Of a stretch of DNA of 64,000 bases, positions 19,391 to 30,032 are shown piece after piece. Under the pieces are notes generated by a model. The model was not told the DNA's origin and made no database searches. It saw only the letters and a program-made list of their open reading frames with translations. Each line of letters starts with the position of its first letter. Within the stretch, counting starts at the first letter, position 1. The translations under genes were made by a program, and so were the position numbers. Source of the stretch: a virus (Duplodnaviria > Caudoviricetes). The DNA is taken from positions 167,460 to 231,459 of the IMG/VR virus record IMGVR_UViG_3300013121_000027. The stretch is one strand, 5' to 3'.

Positions 19391-22378
19391 TCAACTTAAA
19401 ACGATGGGTTTATTCTTATCTAGAATTTCCGTAGAAGAAACACTTTCTTTTTTACTTGGTAGTAAAATAAGAGAGTTTGCCAAAACCTTTTTTTCATTAT
19501 TATCTAAAGATAAAGATCCAAGAAGTTCTTTATTATTAATATTTAGTATTTCATTTCCAGAAAGAATATCAAAATCGTTTCTTATTAAAGATGTATAGCT
19601 TTCAATTACAGGATTTATTACATCTGCAAACGGGAACGTAGCTAAAGCGGTAATTACGCCCAGGGTATCCGACGCTCCAATAAACTCAAAATCATGACCA
19701 ACTATAGTTATAATTTCGCCTATTGATATTACATTAGAGCTACTTATGAAATAAATTTCTTTTTCAAATGTAGCAAATCCAGATGTATTATTGGTACTTG
19801 AGAAAATAGAAACCTTATTTACTGAAAATACCGAAGTTGCTTCTGTATCGGTTGAGCTACTTAGGGTTGCTACGTGCTCTACTACGAAATGGATATTTCC
19901 GTTTGTATTCGATACCCCGTTTGCTGCCTCAACAGTGAACCCTATAGCGAAGGACGCCACGCCAGAGGAAATACTTACCCCCGTAATCGTTACTGGGTGA
20001 TTAACCGTGGCGCTTAGGGCGGCTGAGGTAGTACTCGATCCGGTTAGAGTCGATGGGATCTGGGCGGTGAATGATGCGAAACCGGATGAAGTAGAGTTTC
20101 CGCTGGCAGAAAATGCTATTGGACGGACAAAAGAAGCTGATCCAGTCGACGCAGAAACGCCAGATATGGTTACAGAATGCTCGACCCCAAACGTAGCAGT
20201 GGCTGTAGTGCTGCTTGTTCCACTTGGATATATCAAAACGACCGGAACAATAGACGTAGCGCCAGAGGTCGTACCGCTTCCGGAAGCGGTGAAAGAATGC
20301 TCTACAATTACGGATATATTAGATGAGGTATTCGAATTACCTGAAGCAGAAAGGCTACGATTAACGGTAGCCGATACACTACCAGAGCTTGTAGAAATAC
20401 CGTCAGCGCTAAACGATACTTCCCCAAATCCACCAACGACATCAAAAATTGCCGACCCAGAAGTTGTAGAAGAACCAGCCACGGTTATAGGATGGTCAAC
20501 TATAATTGAAGCTGTTGCGGAAGAAGTAGATGCGCCAGATAAACTTGCTAAAATGGAACATATAACTGAAGCAGTGCCAGAAGTATTACTGGAACCAATA
20601 GCTGTGAAGCTTACGTTAGGAATAAATGTAACAGTCGAGGAAACATTACTTATACCAGCGACTACAACAACATGTTCTACTGTGATAGCGCCATTGGATG
20701 TAATTATCTGATTTCCAGATTCATCCGTTCTATAATCGCCATCTTCATCTATTCTTTCAACGATTCCGGCATCACCGTAGGTCGGACTTGTGCCGACGAA
20801 TGAAACAGCCCCACCACTTGCTACCGTAGATGTTGCACTTCCGGATGTTGTACTTGATCCAGCTAAAACAGCTGGGTGATCTAAGGTAAATGTTGATACA
20901 CCAGAGGTTGATACCGATCCAGCAGAAACAAATGGGTGATCAACTATGAGGGTAACAATTCCAGATGTTGTACTTATACCAGAAACAGTTACGGGATGAT
21001 TGACTCCAAAATCTACAGATCCAGAAGAGCTTGAATTTCCAGATGTTGTAACTATGTGCTCAACTACAAATCCTACGTTACCAGAGGAAGTACTTGTTCC
21101 GTCCGGATATATAAGGACTATTGGAATAACCGAGGCGGCACCGGTGGTATTACTTGTTCCGCTACTAGTAAATGATGTATCTCTTATAAAAATAGATGAA
21201 CCAGATGACGCAATTGAACCACTTGACATCGTAACTGGATGATTGACGCCAATCGTTATTGCACCAGAAGTGGTAGATAATCCATTTGCCACCAAAGTAA
21301 TATTAGGCGTAACTGTAAAGGTAGCAGTTCCAGTAGTCGAAATCGTTTGACTAAATGTAGCTGGATGCTCAACTATAATATTTGCGACTGAAGCTACATT
21401 GGTGTTAGATGTCCCGGAAAAAACAGCTGCCGTATTTCTTATAAAGGTCGCTGTACCAGTAACTGCCACATTAGACGTCGCTGTAATTGGATGATTTACT
21501 CCAAAAGTCGCAGTTCCTGAAGTATTAGATGTGCTTGAGAATATGGCTGGATGATTTGCTGTAAATAAGCCAGCCGCCGATGAGGATATAGAACTACTCG
21601 CTGTGAATGCAAGTGTAACCGTTATATTCGCTACACCACTACTTGTCGCAACTCCAGAAGAAGTTACTATAATATTCTTTGTAAAAGTTGAAGCAGCAGA
21701 TGATGTAGATGATCCGCTTAAAGTTAAAAGTACGATTGGGATAATCGAAGCTACACCAGAAGATGTTGAAGTTCCACCGCCAGTAAATGCGGTATTCCTT
21801 ACAAAAGTGGCAGATCCAACCGCAGATGCTACTCCAGAAGCCGTAACTACGTGATTTACGGTTATAAGTGAAATAGATCCAGATGAAGTGGATGATCCAG
21901 TTGCAGTAAATGACTTATCTGGCGCTATATTAGCAGAACCAGAAGTAGTTGAGGATCCACTACCCGAAACTACATGGTTAACTACCGAAGTTAATACCCC
22001 AGAAGTAGAGCTTGTTCCAGATGCGGAAAATGGAAGATTTGTTACAAAAGTCGCAATGCCAACAGCTGTAGACGATCCACTTACCGTAGCTGGATGATTG
22101 ACAGTTATAAGCGAAACAGACCCAGACGACGTGCTACTTCCTGCAGCCGTGAAAGCTTTATCTGGAGCTATATTAGCTGTACCAGAAGACGTCGAGGTTC
22201 CAGTTGCAGTGACAACATGATTTACGGTTGCTGTAACCGTACCAGAACTTGTGCTATCTCCAGAAGCAGTGACGATGTGATCAATGCTAAATGTACTGGT
22301 ACCGGAAGATGTGGATGATCCAGCAGCCGTGAATGTAATATTAGCGGATGATGCACCGAAGAGAATTAGTAGACTCAT
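19391..22378 (-). CDS. Ser/Thr/Gly-rich tandem-repeat virion protein (995 aa)
   Basis: Dozens of ~21-aa repeats of the type (F/V)TASGSSTSSGTATF.V.H. Confidence 0.7.
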   Translation of the reverse strand: MSLLILFGASSANITFTAAGSSTSSGTSTFSIDHIVTASGDSTSSGTVTATVNHVVTATGTSTSSGTANIAPDKAFTAAGSSTSSGSVSLITVNHPATVSGSSTAVGIATFVTNLPFSASGTSSTSGVLTSVVNHVVSGSGSSTTSGSANIAPDKSFTATGSSTSSGSISLITVNHVVTASGVASAVGSATFVRNTAFTGGGTSTSSGVASIIPIVLLTLSGSSTSSAASTFTKNIIVTSSGVATSSGVANITVTLAFTASSSISSSAAGLFTANHPAIFSSTSNTSGTATFGVNHPITATSNVAVTGTATFIRNTAAVFSGTSNTNVASVANIIVEHPATFSQTISTTGTATFTVTPNITLVANGLSTTSGAITIGVNHPVTMSSGSIASSGSSIFIRDTSFTSSGTSNTTGAASVIPIVLIYPDGTSTSSGNVGFVVEHIVTTSGNSSSSGSVDFGVNHPVTVSGISTTSGIVTLIVDHPFVSAGSVSTSGVSTFTLDHPAVLAGSSTTSGSATSTVASGGAVSFVGTSPTYGDAGIVERIDEDGDYRTDESGNQIITSNGAITVEHVVVVAGISNVSSTVTFIPNVSFTAIGSSNTSGTASVICSILASLSGASTSSATASIIVDHPITVAGSSTTSGSAIFDVVGGFGEVSFSADGISTSSGSVSATVNRSLSASGNSNTSSNISVIVEHSFTASGSGTTSGATSIVPVVLIYPSGTSSTTATATFGVEHSVTISGVSASTGSASFVRPIAFSASGNSTSSGFASFTAQIPSTLTGSSTTSAALSATVNHPVTITGVSISSGVASFAIGFTVEAANGVSNTNGNIHFVVEHVATLSSSTDTEATSVFSVNKVSIFSSTNNTSGFATFEKEIYFISSSNVISIGEIITIVGHDFEFIGASDTLGVITALATFPFADVINPVIESYTSLIRNDFDILSGNEILNINNKELLGSLSLDNNEKKVLANSLILLPSKKESVSSTEILDKNKPIVLS

Positions 22379-23196
22379 CTACGACTCACCATTGTACCCA
22401 TTTCCCAGTTCATGGGAATTGTATTAGGGGCTCTGTTCTGAGACAAAACCGCACCGTTTATCGTTGAGATAGTCGGATTGCCAACAGTTAGGCTCGTCTG
22501 CGCCCATCGCCTTGTCCATGCTCCTCCGTAGTCAAGATGGAAAGTAGCAATCTCGAATGTCGCAGCATAACCAGCAGAGACAAGATTCTGGATATCAAAT
22601 TTACCACACTGAGTTGGTAGAACAAGTTTCTCGTAAATAAGATTTGATTCCCCGGGAAGAATGGTTCCAGCGGTAACAGTCGGGAGAATCCCACGTCCTG
22701 TTTGCGTACCAGCGTGAATAGCCAAGCAGTCGCCTATGTCTCCCTGAAAGGCAACCGTGCCAGTACCACGATTTCCGATAGTCATGGCGGTGCCAGCCGT
22801 GAAGTTGCCCGCAGGAGCTGTTGTTTGTGCCATCGTCGCATTGCGCCACCCGCTCACGTCATCATAAACCCAGGCAACAACACTCAACTGAGGTCCTGTA
22901 TTTCTGGTTGTGGAAAAAAGAGCGATAAAGTGCCACTTGTTCGTGGTGATCGCAGCAGTAGTAGATGTCCACACACCATTAGTGGTGGCGTTTGCCGTAG
23001 TCCACGTCAGTTCGCTCGTAGTTCCGGCTACACCAAGACCGATTGTATTCCCGCAGGATAGATAGTATCTTCCGGTTGTTAGTGTAGTTGGATAGAACCA
23101 TCCTGCGTGAAACGATTGGGCATTGTTGCCATTCGCGCCGGCTGCCATACCAAGGTTGATGTCATCCGCGGTGTTACCCCCAAACGTGTATGCCAT
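22375..23196 (-). CDS. LamG/concanavalin-like domain protein
   Basis: AGWFYP, NKWHFIA and MTIGN...FQGDI motifs. Confidence 0.55.
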   Translation of the reverse strand: MAYTFGGNTADDINLGMAAGANGNNAQSFHAGWFYPTTLTTGRYYLSCGNTIGLGVAGTTSELTWTTANATTNGVWTSTTAAITTNKWHFIALFSTTRNTGPQLSVVAWVYDDVSGWRNATMAQTTAPAGNFTAGTAMTIGNRGTGTVAFQGDIGDCLAIHAGTQTGRGILPTVTAGTILPGESNLIYEKLVLPTQCGKFDIQNLVSAGYAATFEIATFHLDYGGAWTRRWAQTSLTVGNPTISTINGAVLSQNRAPNTIPMNWEMGTMVSRR

Positions 23197-23202
23197 ATTG
23201 GT

Positions 23203-23499
23203 TCACTCCTCCCAAGTTGCTACCGGACTCTCATCAAGTGCTGTAGGCAATAGGACTTCCACTTCTTCGACGGACAACCCCCCCTCTTCAGGGCGGCGGC
23301 GTTCGGTTGCGGTTAAATCTGGCCAGACAATCCGACACCTACATATTTCCCCATTTTCTTCCCATTCGATTATTGCTCCGACCGGAGCCTTCTTGATCGG
23401 GGCATCATCCTGCGTCTGCCACGCTTCCAGTACGGTCGCGGGATGTCCACGCCAATCAATAACTTGTCCTATTTCAAGAGTATCGCCACGAATATCCAT
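23203..23499 (-). CDS. Hypothetical protein (98 aa from MDIRG)
   Basis: ATG 23499 overlaps the upstream TGA; acidic composition. Confidence 0.5.
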   Translation of the reverse strand: MDIRGDTLEIGQVIDWRGHPATVLEAWQTQDDAPIKKAPVGAIIEWEENGEICRCRIVWPDLTATERRRPEEGGLSVEEVEVLLPTALDESPVATWEE

Positions 23500-24299
23500 C
23501 AGTTGCGCTCCACATATATAATAAGTTGTATGTCGGTTGCCGCGGCGAATGGAGTTGCGGCAATGGCACCACGGGTGATGATCCCGGCGTACAGCGACGT
23601 TCCACCCGAGCAAACGTAGGGGATCGCCAGGTTGAATGCTTGGGCGATACGGTTGTTGCCGATGTCGAATGCGCCCGCTAACTGCACCAGACCGACAATC
23701 TTCAAGGCGTCCGCGTCAGAAATGGCATAGGCAGCATTATCCGCCGCGAGGGTGATAGACGAGTCAGTAAACACCACATCCATTGTGCCGATAGTGTCCG
23801 CAGCCGAAATAACCTGCACCCCAGTGATAACCCCAGACCCACCCGAGGCACGAGAAGCCCCAGCAATAGTAAACTGGTTACCGACTTGATCGCCAGCTGT
23901 ATACGCCGTCGCCGTGGTGGTTAGACCACCGGATTGCACGGACACGCGGACCAACTCACGATGAGCCATAACACGCTGTTCGCCGGTGGATGTCGTTGAC
24001 ATAGCGGAATAATCTCCGTCAGTCCCCGCCCCAGTGTAGTTACGCACACCAAGAAGCAACACCCCAGTATCTCCATCGGTATGGGCGGCGTCTTCAGCCT
24101 TGCCGAGCGCCGTAGCTGTGACGCCAGGGACAACCCTTGTCACATCAACGTCCAAACCGTTGGTCGCATCTCCACCGATTGCACCGGTGCCATCGAGAGT
24201 ACCATCAACTAACTTAACACGTTGATAATGAACACCCGATACATCATCAGTGGCGACAGTAGTGCCAGATCCGGCGGTAATAGCTACATTGTCAGCCAT
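23499..24299 (-). CDS. Virion structural protein (fibre/appendage-like)
   Basis: Gly/Ala/Thr-rich ORF in the structural operon, with an RBS. Confidence 0.5.
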   Translation of the reverse strand: MADNVAITAGSGTTVATDDVSGVHYQRVKLVDGTLDGTGAIGGDATNGLDVDVTRVVPGVTATALGKAEDAAHTDGDTGVLLLGVRNYTGAGTDGDYSAMSTTSTGEQRVMAHRELVRVSVQSGGLTTTATAYTAGDQVGNQFTIAGASRASGGSGVITGVQVISAADTIGTMDVVFTDSSITLAADNAAYAISDADALKIVGLVQLAGAFDIGNNRIAQAFNLAIPYVCSGGTSLYAGIITRGAIAATPFAAATDIQLIIYVERN

Positions 24300-24314
24300 A
24301 TCGGCTCACCCCAA

Positions 24315-24695
24315 TCAGGAGGCTACGCCGATAGTTAGTGTGATAGCTGAGATAGCGGCGGTATATGTATCTCCTGCTGTATAGGCGTTAGCTGTGATCG
24401 TTCCACTGAAACAAAATGTACCAGTACCATCTGTGTCAGCTCCTGCACCTCTCCAAAGAGAGAAGTGTGTCGCATCTTGCGAACCAGCGATGTTTGTCCA
24501 TTGTACTTGAGCAGAGTTAGTCATTGAGCCACCTGAAGCCGCGCTGAAAGTAACAGCCTTACGAGTAACCTCAGTTGCCTTGTTTGCTGTGCCCGCCGCT
24601 CCGGGGTCACCGATATGAAGCTGGATATATGGTGTATCTGTACGAATTGCATCCAAAGCGGTATTCGCTTGAGCTGCTGCTAATCCTGTTGCCAT
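24315..24695 (-). CDS. Small virion structural protein
   Basis: LHIGDPG...RKAVTF...THFSLW pattern common in phage minor virion proteins; GAGGT RBS. Confidence 0.55.
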   Translation of the reverse strand: MATGLAAAQANTALDAIRTDTPYIQLHIGDPGAAGTANKATEVTRKAVTFSAASGGSMTNSAQVQWTNIAGSQDATHFSLWRGAGADTDGTGTFCFSGTITANAYTAGDTYTAAISAITLTIGVAS

Positions 24696-24762
24696 TTGAT
24701 TTACCTCTTTTTGTTTTGGGGCTTAAATTAAAAGAGATATAGTTATATCTCTGTACTGAGTG

Positions 24763-24769
24763 TATAGTA
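24763..24769 (-). promoter_or_regulatory. TACTATA motif with an adjacent AGAGATAT-AGTT-ATATCTCT inverted repeat
   Basis: 68 nt upstream of 24695; the inverted repeat is at 24733-24752. Confidence 0.5.
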
Positions 24770-24808
24770 ATTGAGAAAATATTCTTTTAACTTAAAGGGA
24801 TTGATTTA

Positions 24809-25582
24809 TTAAACATAGAAGTTCGGAGCTTTTTGCTTAGTGCCAATACCCGTACTCTGATAGTGGATATCTATAGCGTGAATAAATGGCTCTGCCGTAG
24901 TACCTCCAGTAATCGTTGGTATTGTGTCTACAGTAAAATTAACAAGAATCATACCATCTACTTCGATAATATTCGAATCTAAAAGTCCACCCGTCCCGCC
25001 ATTGTTGCTAATTTGAACTTCGTCAATACGATGAAAATATTGCGGAGTATTTGCCGTTGTAATATTTGTATTTGATACTACAACGGTTTTTTCGGCGCCA
25101 AAACTGGCTTGTTGGTGACCCTTTGCATAAGACATGACAAAAGTCCCAGCGAATGTACCAGTTCCAGTTATCGCAGTTCCATTATGTGACCAATGTACAT
25201 GCATGAAAAGATCGGTGCCTGGGGCATAGTCATGTGGAAGATGATATCGCAAATCGATCTTATCACTTACACCAAAGCGATATTCACGCACTGAGCCGCC
25301 GCGATATACTACGAGTGTTGCGCTGTTTGCTCTTGCCTCATCAACAGCCATAAATCCAATTAAATCGACCCAAGGATAGGTTGGTGTTGCTGTGTCTACT
25401 TTTATTCCTAATCCCGAAGTCTTTTCTATAATTAATCCATTAGCTGCTATACCAGTAGCCAAACTACTATAAGCTATTTTTTTAGAAGTTGGAGTTGTGG
25501 CGACATCAGTAACTATTTCAAATAGATCAGTCGATGATGGAGTTGCGGCAGAAGTAAAATCAGTTATCTTTTTATTTGCCAT
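24809..25582 (-). CDS. Virion structural protein
   Basis: MANKKITDF fibre-type N-terminus; HLPHDYAPGT domain. Confidence 0.5.
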   Translation of the reverse strand: MANKKITDFTSAATPSSTDLFEIVTDVATTPTSKKIAYSSLATGIAANGLIIEKTSGLGIKVDTATPTYPWVDLIGFMAVDEARANSATLVVYRGGSVREYRFGVSDKIDLRYHLPHDYAPGTDLFMHVHWSHNGTAITGTGTFAGTFVMSYAKGHQQASFGAEKTVVVSNTNITTANTPQYFHRIDEVQISNNGGTGGLLDSNIIEVDGMILVNFTVDTIPTITGGTTAEPFIHAIDIHYQSTGIGTKQKAPNFYV

Positions 25583-25584
25583 GA

Positions 25585-26364
25585 TTAAATACCTATCTGT
25601 GCAGAAATTCGCAATCTATATTTATATCCAGGCTCCCAATAAGTTACATCTGGTTCACCATAAACTGGAGTCGCATCATTTGACGGCATATAAATAACTA
25701 CAAGTGCTGTCTCTGGATTGGAAGCAACTATAGTATTAACTTTTTCCCATCTTGTAATTGTATTTACTATGGGTTTTCTCTCTACTTTAAAATAATCACC
25801 AGAAATGAAGTTCGCTGCGGGAATTGTATTAAAAGTAATTTCAATTCTTCCCTCATTATAAGATTCCGCCAAATAATATGACGTATTAAGATCTGGTTTA
25901 ACAGATATTACCGAAATAGCAGTTGTGTCAGAAACTAAAAATGGGGAAAAGAAACTACTTACATCTTTTATAGAATAGTCTTCGACATCACCAACACTAA
26001 CGTCTTTAGTCGGCTGTTCTACAGAAGTTAGTTCGGTTAAACTCCCAACAGAAAAATCAAGTACGTCGCTACTTATAACTTCGCCAATAACTGTTTTTAA
26101 TCCAGATATTCTTATCTCATAATCGTTATTAGCTAAAAGATTTACATTAAACCATAGATTAAAAGTTCTGCTTATAGAGTAATAATCTCGTGCAATATCT
26201 ATTTCTTTAAAAGGTGTAGATATTTCAACTGGACTTTCTGGAACGGTTGTGTTGAAAAGACTAAAATTGTCAAGTGTAAGTGTGGGTGTCGAAATAGTAT
26301 CTAAGAATTTTATCTCAGCATAATCAAGATGTATTTGATACCATGCGTAAATTGGTGTTGTCAT
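25585..26364 (-). CDS. Ig-like virion protein
   Basis: Beta-rich composition; directly downstream of the capsid gene. Confidence 0.4.
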   Translation of the reverse strand: MTTPIYAWYQIHLDYAEIKFLDTISTPTLTLDNFSLFNTTVPESPVEISTPFKEIDIARDYYSISRTFNLWFNVNLLANNDYEIRISGLKTVIGEVISSDVLDFSVGSLTELTSVEQPTKDVSVGDVEDYSIKDVSSFFSPFLVSDTTAISVISVKPDLNTSYYLAESYNEGRIEITFNTIPAANFISGDYFKVERKPIVNTITRWEKVNTIVASNPETALVVIYMPSNDATPVYGEPDVTYWEPGYKYRLRISAQIGI

Positions 26365-26396
26365 TTAAAACCCCTAAAAGATTAAACTTCATACAC

Positions 26397-26403
26397 TATA
26401 GTA
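26397..26403 (-). promoter_or_regulatory. TACTATA late-promoter-like motif
   Basis: 33 nt upstream of 26364, just after the capsid terminator. Confidence 0.55.
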
Positions 26404-26409
26404 ATAGAA

Positions 26410-26442
26410 ATTGGGGAGCAGGCATAAAACCCACTCCCCAAT
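26410..26442 (-). terminator. Intrinsic terminator after the major capsid gene
   Basis: TTGGGGAG...CTCCCCAA stem followed by a T-rich tail. Confidence 0.65.
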
Positions 26443-26473
26443 TATCTATAATTTATTTATTGTTACTTATAAC

Positions 26474-27514
26474 TCAGATATCTGAAGTAAGTGAGCGAGT
26501 AACCTCAACGTCATAGCTCGGGGCGAGTCTAACGTTCTTGGCAACGGCAATACCTTCACCGTCACCGTAGCATACGATGTCGTAGCGCTCCTTCATCTTC
26601 AGGTAGCGGATATCGCGGGTCTGATCATTCCAGTCATCGACTGACATGTCATCCTTAACAAGAATCGTACCAATTTCGTTACGATCAAGCAGGAAGACGT
26701 CAGACTTGGCAGGTGAACCAGCGGTAAAGCTAACGAAAGGTGAAAGAATAACGTTTAGACCAGCAGGAGCTGTAGCGTTTGAAACGCCATCCTTTGAGCC
26801 AAGTGGGTTATTCCACGCAGGCGCGCCAGGAAGAGTGAACGGAGTACTCTTAATGAATACAGCCCACATCAATGGATGAAGGATAAAGTCGGTAGGAATA
26901 TGATTCTCCGCATGAAGAACCGCAGCCATATCAACAACATCCATCCATGATAGCGTCAAGTTAGCAGCACCATTGATGTTGCGACCAGTGGTATCACCAA
27001 AGCTACCACTATCATTATCAAAAACAGTAGTTGCGGCGTCCTTGAAACGTCCAAGAGCAATTTGCTCCTTTAGGCGAGCCATGGCGCGACCAGCAGCGCG
27101 GACGTGAAGACCTACGATATCCCACTGAGAGTCGGCTACGACTTCTTCAGTGAAAGCGACCTTTACACCCTTCTTGCTGACCTTACCCTCAACTTGCTTG
27201 ATTACGGCGAGTTGCTGCTCTGGGTATTCCTGACCTTCAGGTACTTCACCGGCTTGGATAGCATTGATGGCGGGAAATTCCATCGAACGACCCTTACCTA
27301 AGCGAACGGTACTCAAAAGTGGAGTAACCAGATAAGCTGGCTCAGCTGCCTCTTTCAAGGCACGTGAGATAATCTTTGGAAATAGTGCGGGCATGTCGGG
27401 GCTGGCGAGGGCTTCCTTAATGCTGACACGAATATCATCATTGATGTATCCGTCTTCATTAAAGGCAGCTTGCCAAGCTTCCGCCTTGCTAAGCAGTTCG
27501 TGAATATTTGTCAT
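26474..27514 (-). CDS. Major capsid protein (HK97-fold)
   Basis: EVPEGQEYP, KKGVKVAFTEE...DSQWD and ILHPLMW; strongly biased codon usage; downstream of the protease-scaffold. Confidence 0.88.
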   Translation of the reverse strand: MTNIHELLSKAEAWQAAFNEDGYINDDIRVSIKEALASPDMPALFPKIISRALKEAAEPAYLVTPLLSTVRLGKGRSMEFPAINAIQAGEVPEGQEYPEQQLAVIKQVEGKVSKKGVKVAFTEEVVADSQWDIVGLHVRAAGRAMARLKEQIALGRFKDAATTVFDNDSGSFGDTTGRNINGAANLTLSWMDVVDMAAVLHAENHIPTDFILHPLMWAVFIKSTPFTLPGAPAWNNPLGSKDGVSNATAPAGLNVILSPFVSFTAGSPAKSDVFLLDRNEIGTILVKDDMSVDDWNDQTRDIRYLKMKERYDIVCYGDGEGIAVAKNVRLAPSYDVEVTRSLTSDI

Positions 27515-27538
27515 TTTAAGGAAAGCCTCCTGTGTTAA

Positions 27539-28333
27539 TTAAAGTGTTAGGGCTACACGGACTGCGCCGAGTGCATTTGCTACATCAAGGTTATTACGGA
27601 TTCCAAGCTTGCCCTGGTATGTGCCAGTGCGGAGGATGGAATAAACATCCTTCAGACCACCAGGATCAGAAGGAAGCTGCATGTAGCTAAGTAAGCCATC
27701 ATCAAAGTTGGTGGCAAACTTTTCTACCTCAATGACCTTACCAACAACCAAGTATGCATAAACATTGCTTGAGTTGTAAAGATCAGTTGTAGCGCACTTT
27801 ACCGGACGACCCATGTGATCCGAACGGACCAAATCGCCTACAGCAAGATCGCCATTAACGCCGCTAATTAATGGCCACTCTACATAACCTTGTCTAATTG
27901 TACCGGCACCTTGTGAAGTGCCCTTATCGAACGGGCGAAGCAGATCGTACTGAGCGCAGCCTACTGGAACTGAGCGAGCAGGAACTGAAATGTAATCTGC
28001 GGTTGATCCACCATACGTTGCAGGGGTAGCGCCTGTCTCTTCCATCGTGGTTGAGTAAAGTCCACTTGCGGTTGAGGTATCGTCTTGCCAAACGAAAGCT
28101 GAAGCCGAACCGTTGGCGGGAACAATGCGCGAATCACCATTGCTATCGGCTACAACCGAAAGAATAGTACCCTTAGGGATTACTGTCTCGAAACGATCAT
28201 CTTCAGTGTCTTTGTACCAGGTTGGTAGACCTGGGTGAGGAAGAAGGTATGCTGAAACGGCATTACCCTCAGATACGACGAAGCGACCTGAGTTTGTCTT
28301 ACCGTATACCTTGCGGAATTTAGCTAATGACAT
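27539..28333 (-). CDS. Capsid decoration/cement protein candidate
   Basis: Lies between scaffold and capsid; VIPKGTILS and LAVGDLVRSD..G motifs. Confidence 0.6.
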   Translation of the reverse strand: MSLAKFRKVYGKTNSGRFVVSEGNAVSAYLLPHPGLPTWYKDTEDDRFETVIPKGTILSVVADSNGDSRIVPANGSASAFVWQDDTSTASGLYSTTMEETGATPATYGGSTADYISVPARSVPVGCAQYDLLRPFDKGTSQGAGTIRQGYVEWPLISGVNGDLAVGDLVRSDHMGRPVKCATTDLYNSSNVYAYLVVGKVIEVEKFATNFDDGLLSYMQLPSDPGGLKDVYSILRTGTYQGKLGIRNNLDVANALGAVRVALTL

Positions 28334-28354
28334 AGTGTTTTATCTCCTTGAAGA

Positions 28355-29989
28355 TTATTTGCGGTTCAAAAGTTGATTTACAAGAATGTTTTCAAGTTTT
28401 TCTTGAGGAGAAACATCCAACTTTACGTTGTCAGTCTCACCTTCTTCAATCACTCGCTCGCTCTCGTCTACCGTTGCAAGTGCATTGGGGACGATTGGAG
28501 TTGCAATTGATTCTTTGGCGAATGGGATGTTTCTGCTTACTGAAAGCTTTTCTAAATCGCGAATCGCATCCGCAAGAGATGCGGCGGTACGATTTGAGTG
28601 TTCATTCAAAGCTTCTTGCCGATCCGCAAGTTCAACCAAACCAAGCGAAATCTTTGTATCTACAACTCTTTCCGCAAGCATAAAATGAAGAGCTTTCTTC
28701 AATTTATCATTTTCCTGCTTAAGAGAAGCTATGACATCATCCTTTTCGTCATGGACTTGCTCTTCATTTACGTGATCGACTTCAGTTGACTCATTCTGCT
28801 CTGCTTGCTCTTCTGTAGAATCTTCTACTTGAACTTCGGAGAGCTGCTCTTCAACCGCAGTTGAATCGTCAGAGTCCTTATCGCCATCTTCCTTAGTTTC
28901 TACGGCTGTTTCTTCTGGGGCGGTCTCTTCGTCTGAACTTTCAGACAACTCGTCAGAAGCATTATCAGCCTGATCAGTTTCGGAAGCTTCCTCTGTAGTC
29001 ACTTCTGCGTCAGTAGAAGCAAGATCTGCACTTAGCTGTTCTGCTATGGACAAAATGTCCTCAGTCTCTTGAGTGCTCATTTCACTTCCCTCCTGCATTT
29101 CAGTAACTTCTTTGGTCGAGCCAGTGTCTTGTGTCCTTGGCTCGTTATCAATAGTAGTAATTGTTTCGTCAAATGTTATATTTGTGTCCATATTTTCCTC
29201 ATAATCGTAAGCTGAAGCTGTTAAAAAGGTACCCTTTACATTCATATACGTATAATGAGCATCTTTTTTCTTCAATCCGGATAGAATATTTCTCGGCTCT
29301 TCTGATTCAGTTAGCTCAAGAATTTTTTCTTCGCTCATATTTACAGCGAAAAGTTTTGCGGATTTAATCCATTCTGGAGCCGATTCATCCGAAGAGGTAT
29401 TTCCACCATCGTTCAGAACTCCAGACTTCTTATCCGCAGGGATGTTAACGAACGAATACTCTCTCCATTCAAGTCCGCTTAAATTAAAGAAAGCTAACTT
29501 ACCATTATAAATCTGACCCCTCTTATGCTTACAAGGAAGCGCAAAGCCTTCAGTCGACTTAGCCCAGTCAGTATTGCAAATTGAGCATTTTGCCGATTCT
29601 GCTTTTCCGCCAACAGAACCAGTAATAAATCTTCCATCCATAACTTTTGATATGGCTTCTGAATTGATAACTGCAATTTGTAGCCTCGAAAATGGAGTGC
29701 CGTCTTTTTCTTTATCCATACGAGCAGCCATCACACGCCCAAGTGGATCGCTCTCTGGATCATGATTAATTATGATTGGCTTTGGATATGGATCAACCCA
29801 ACTTCTCAATGAGGCTTCTAATTCATCTGCTGGATAATTATTAAAGTTGGCTGTTAGACCAGCATGGATGGCGGCGATTTCAACAACCAGTTTCTGATTA
29901 TTATTATCAGCTTCTGCAAACTCAGTCAAAGTTTTTTGATCGATGTTTGGAAGTGTAATTCCAACGTTCTCTGTAAATTCAAAAGACAT
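28355..29989 (-). CDS. Prohead protease fused to an acidic scaffold
   Basis: PIIINHD, GSVGG, CSIC..CKH and EYSFVNIPAD protease motifs, then a Glu/Asp-rich linker and coiled coil. Confidence 0.8.
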   Translation of the reverse strand: MSFEFTENVGITLPNIDQKTLTEFAEADNNNQKLVVEIAAIHAGLTANFNNYPADELEASLRSWVDPYPKPIIINHDPESDPLGRVMAARMDKEKDGTPFSRLQIAVINSEAISKVMDGRFITGSVGGKAESAKCSICNTDWAKSTEGFALPCKHKRGQIYNGKLAFFNLSGLEWREYSFVNIPADKKSGVLNDGGNTSSDESAPEWIKSAKLFAVNMSEEKILELTESEEPRNILSGLKKKDAHYTYMNVKGTFLTASAYDYEENMDTNITFDETITTIDNEPRTQDTGSTKEVTEMQEGSEMSTQETEDILSIAEQLSADLASTDAEVTTEEASETDQADNASDELSESSDEETAPEETAVETKEDGDKDSDDSTAVEEQLSEVQVEDSTEEQAEQNESTEVDHVNEEQVHDEKDDVIASLKQENDKLKKALHFMLAERVVDTKISLGLVELADRQEALNEHSNRTAASLADAIRDLEKLSVSRNIPFAKESIATPIVPNALATVDESERVIEEGETDNVKLDVSPQEKLENILVNQLLNRK

Positions 29990-30018
29990 GTTTCTACTCC
30001 TTATTGGGATTCTATGAA

Positions 30019-30025
30019 TATAGTA
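30019..30025 (-). promoter_or_regulatory. TACTATA late-promoter-like motif (head operon)
   Basis: 30 nt upstream of the protease ATG. Confidence 0.55.
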
Positions 30026-30032
30026 AACGCTA

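Noticed and set aside
19791-22318. Plus-strand ORFs or a CRISPR-like repeat in the repeat gene
   Set aside because: The repeats are degenerate at the DNA level and only protein-level; there is no repeat-spacer pattern.
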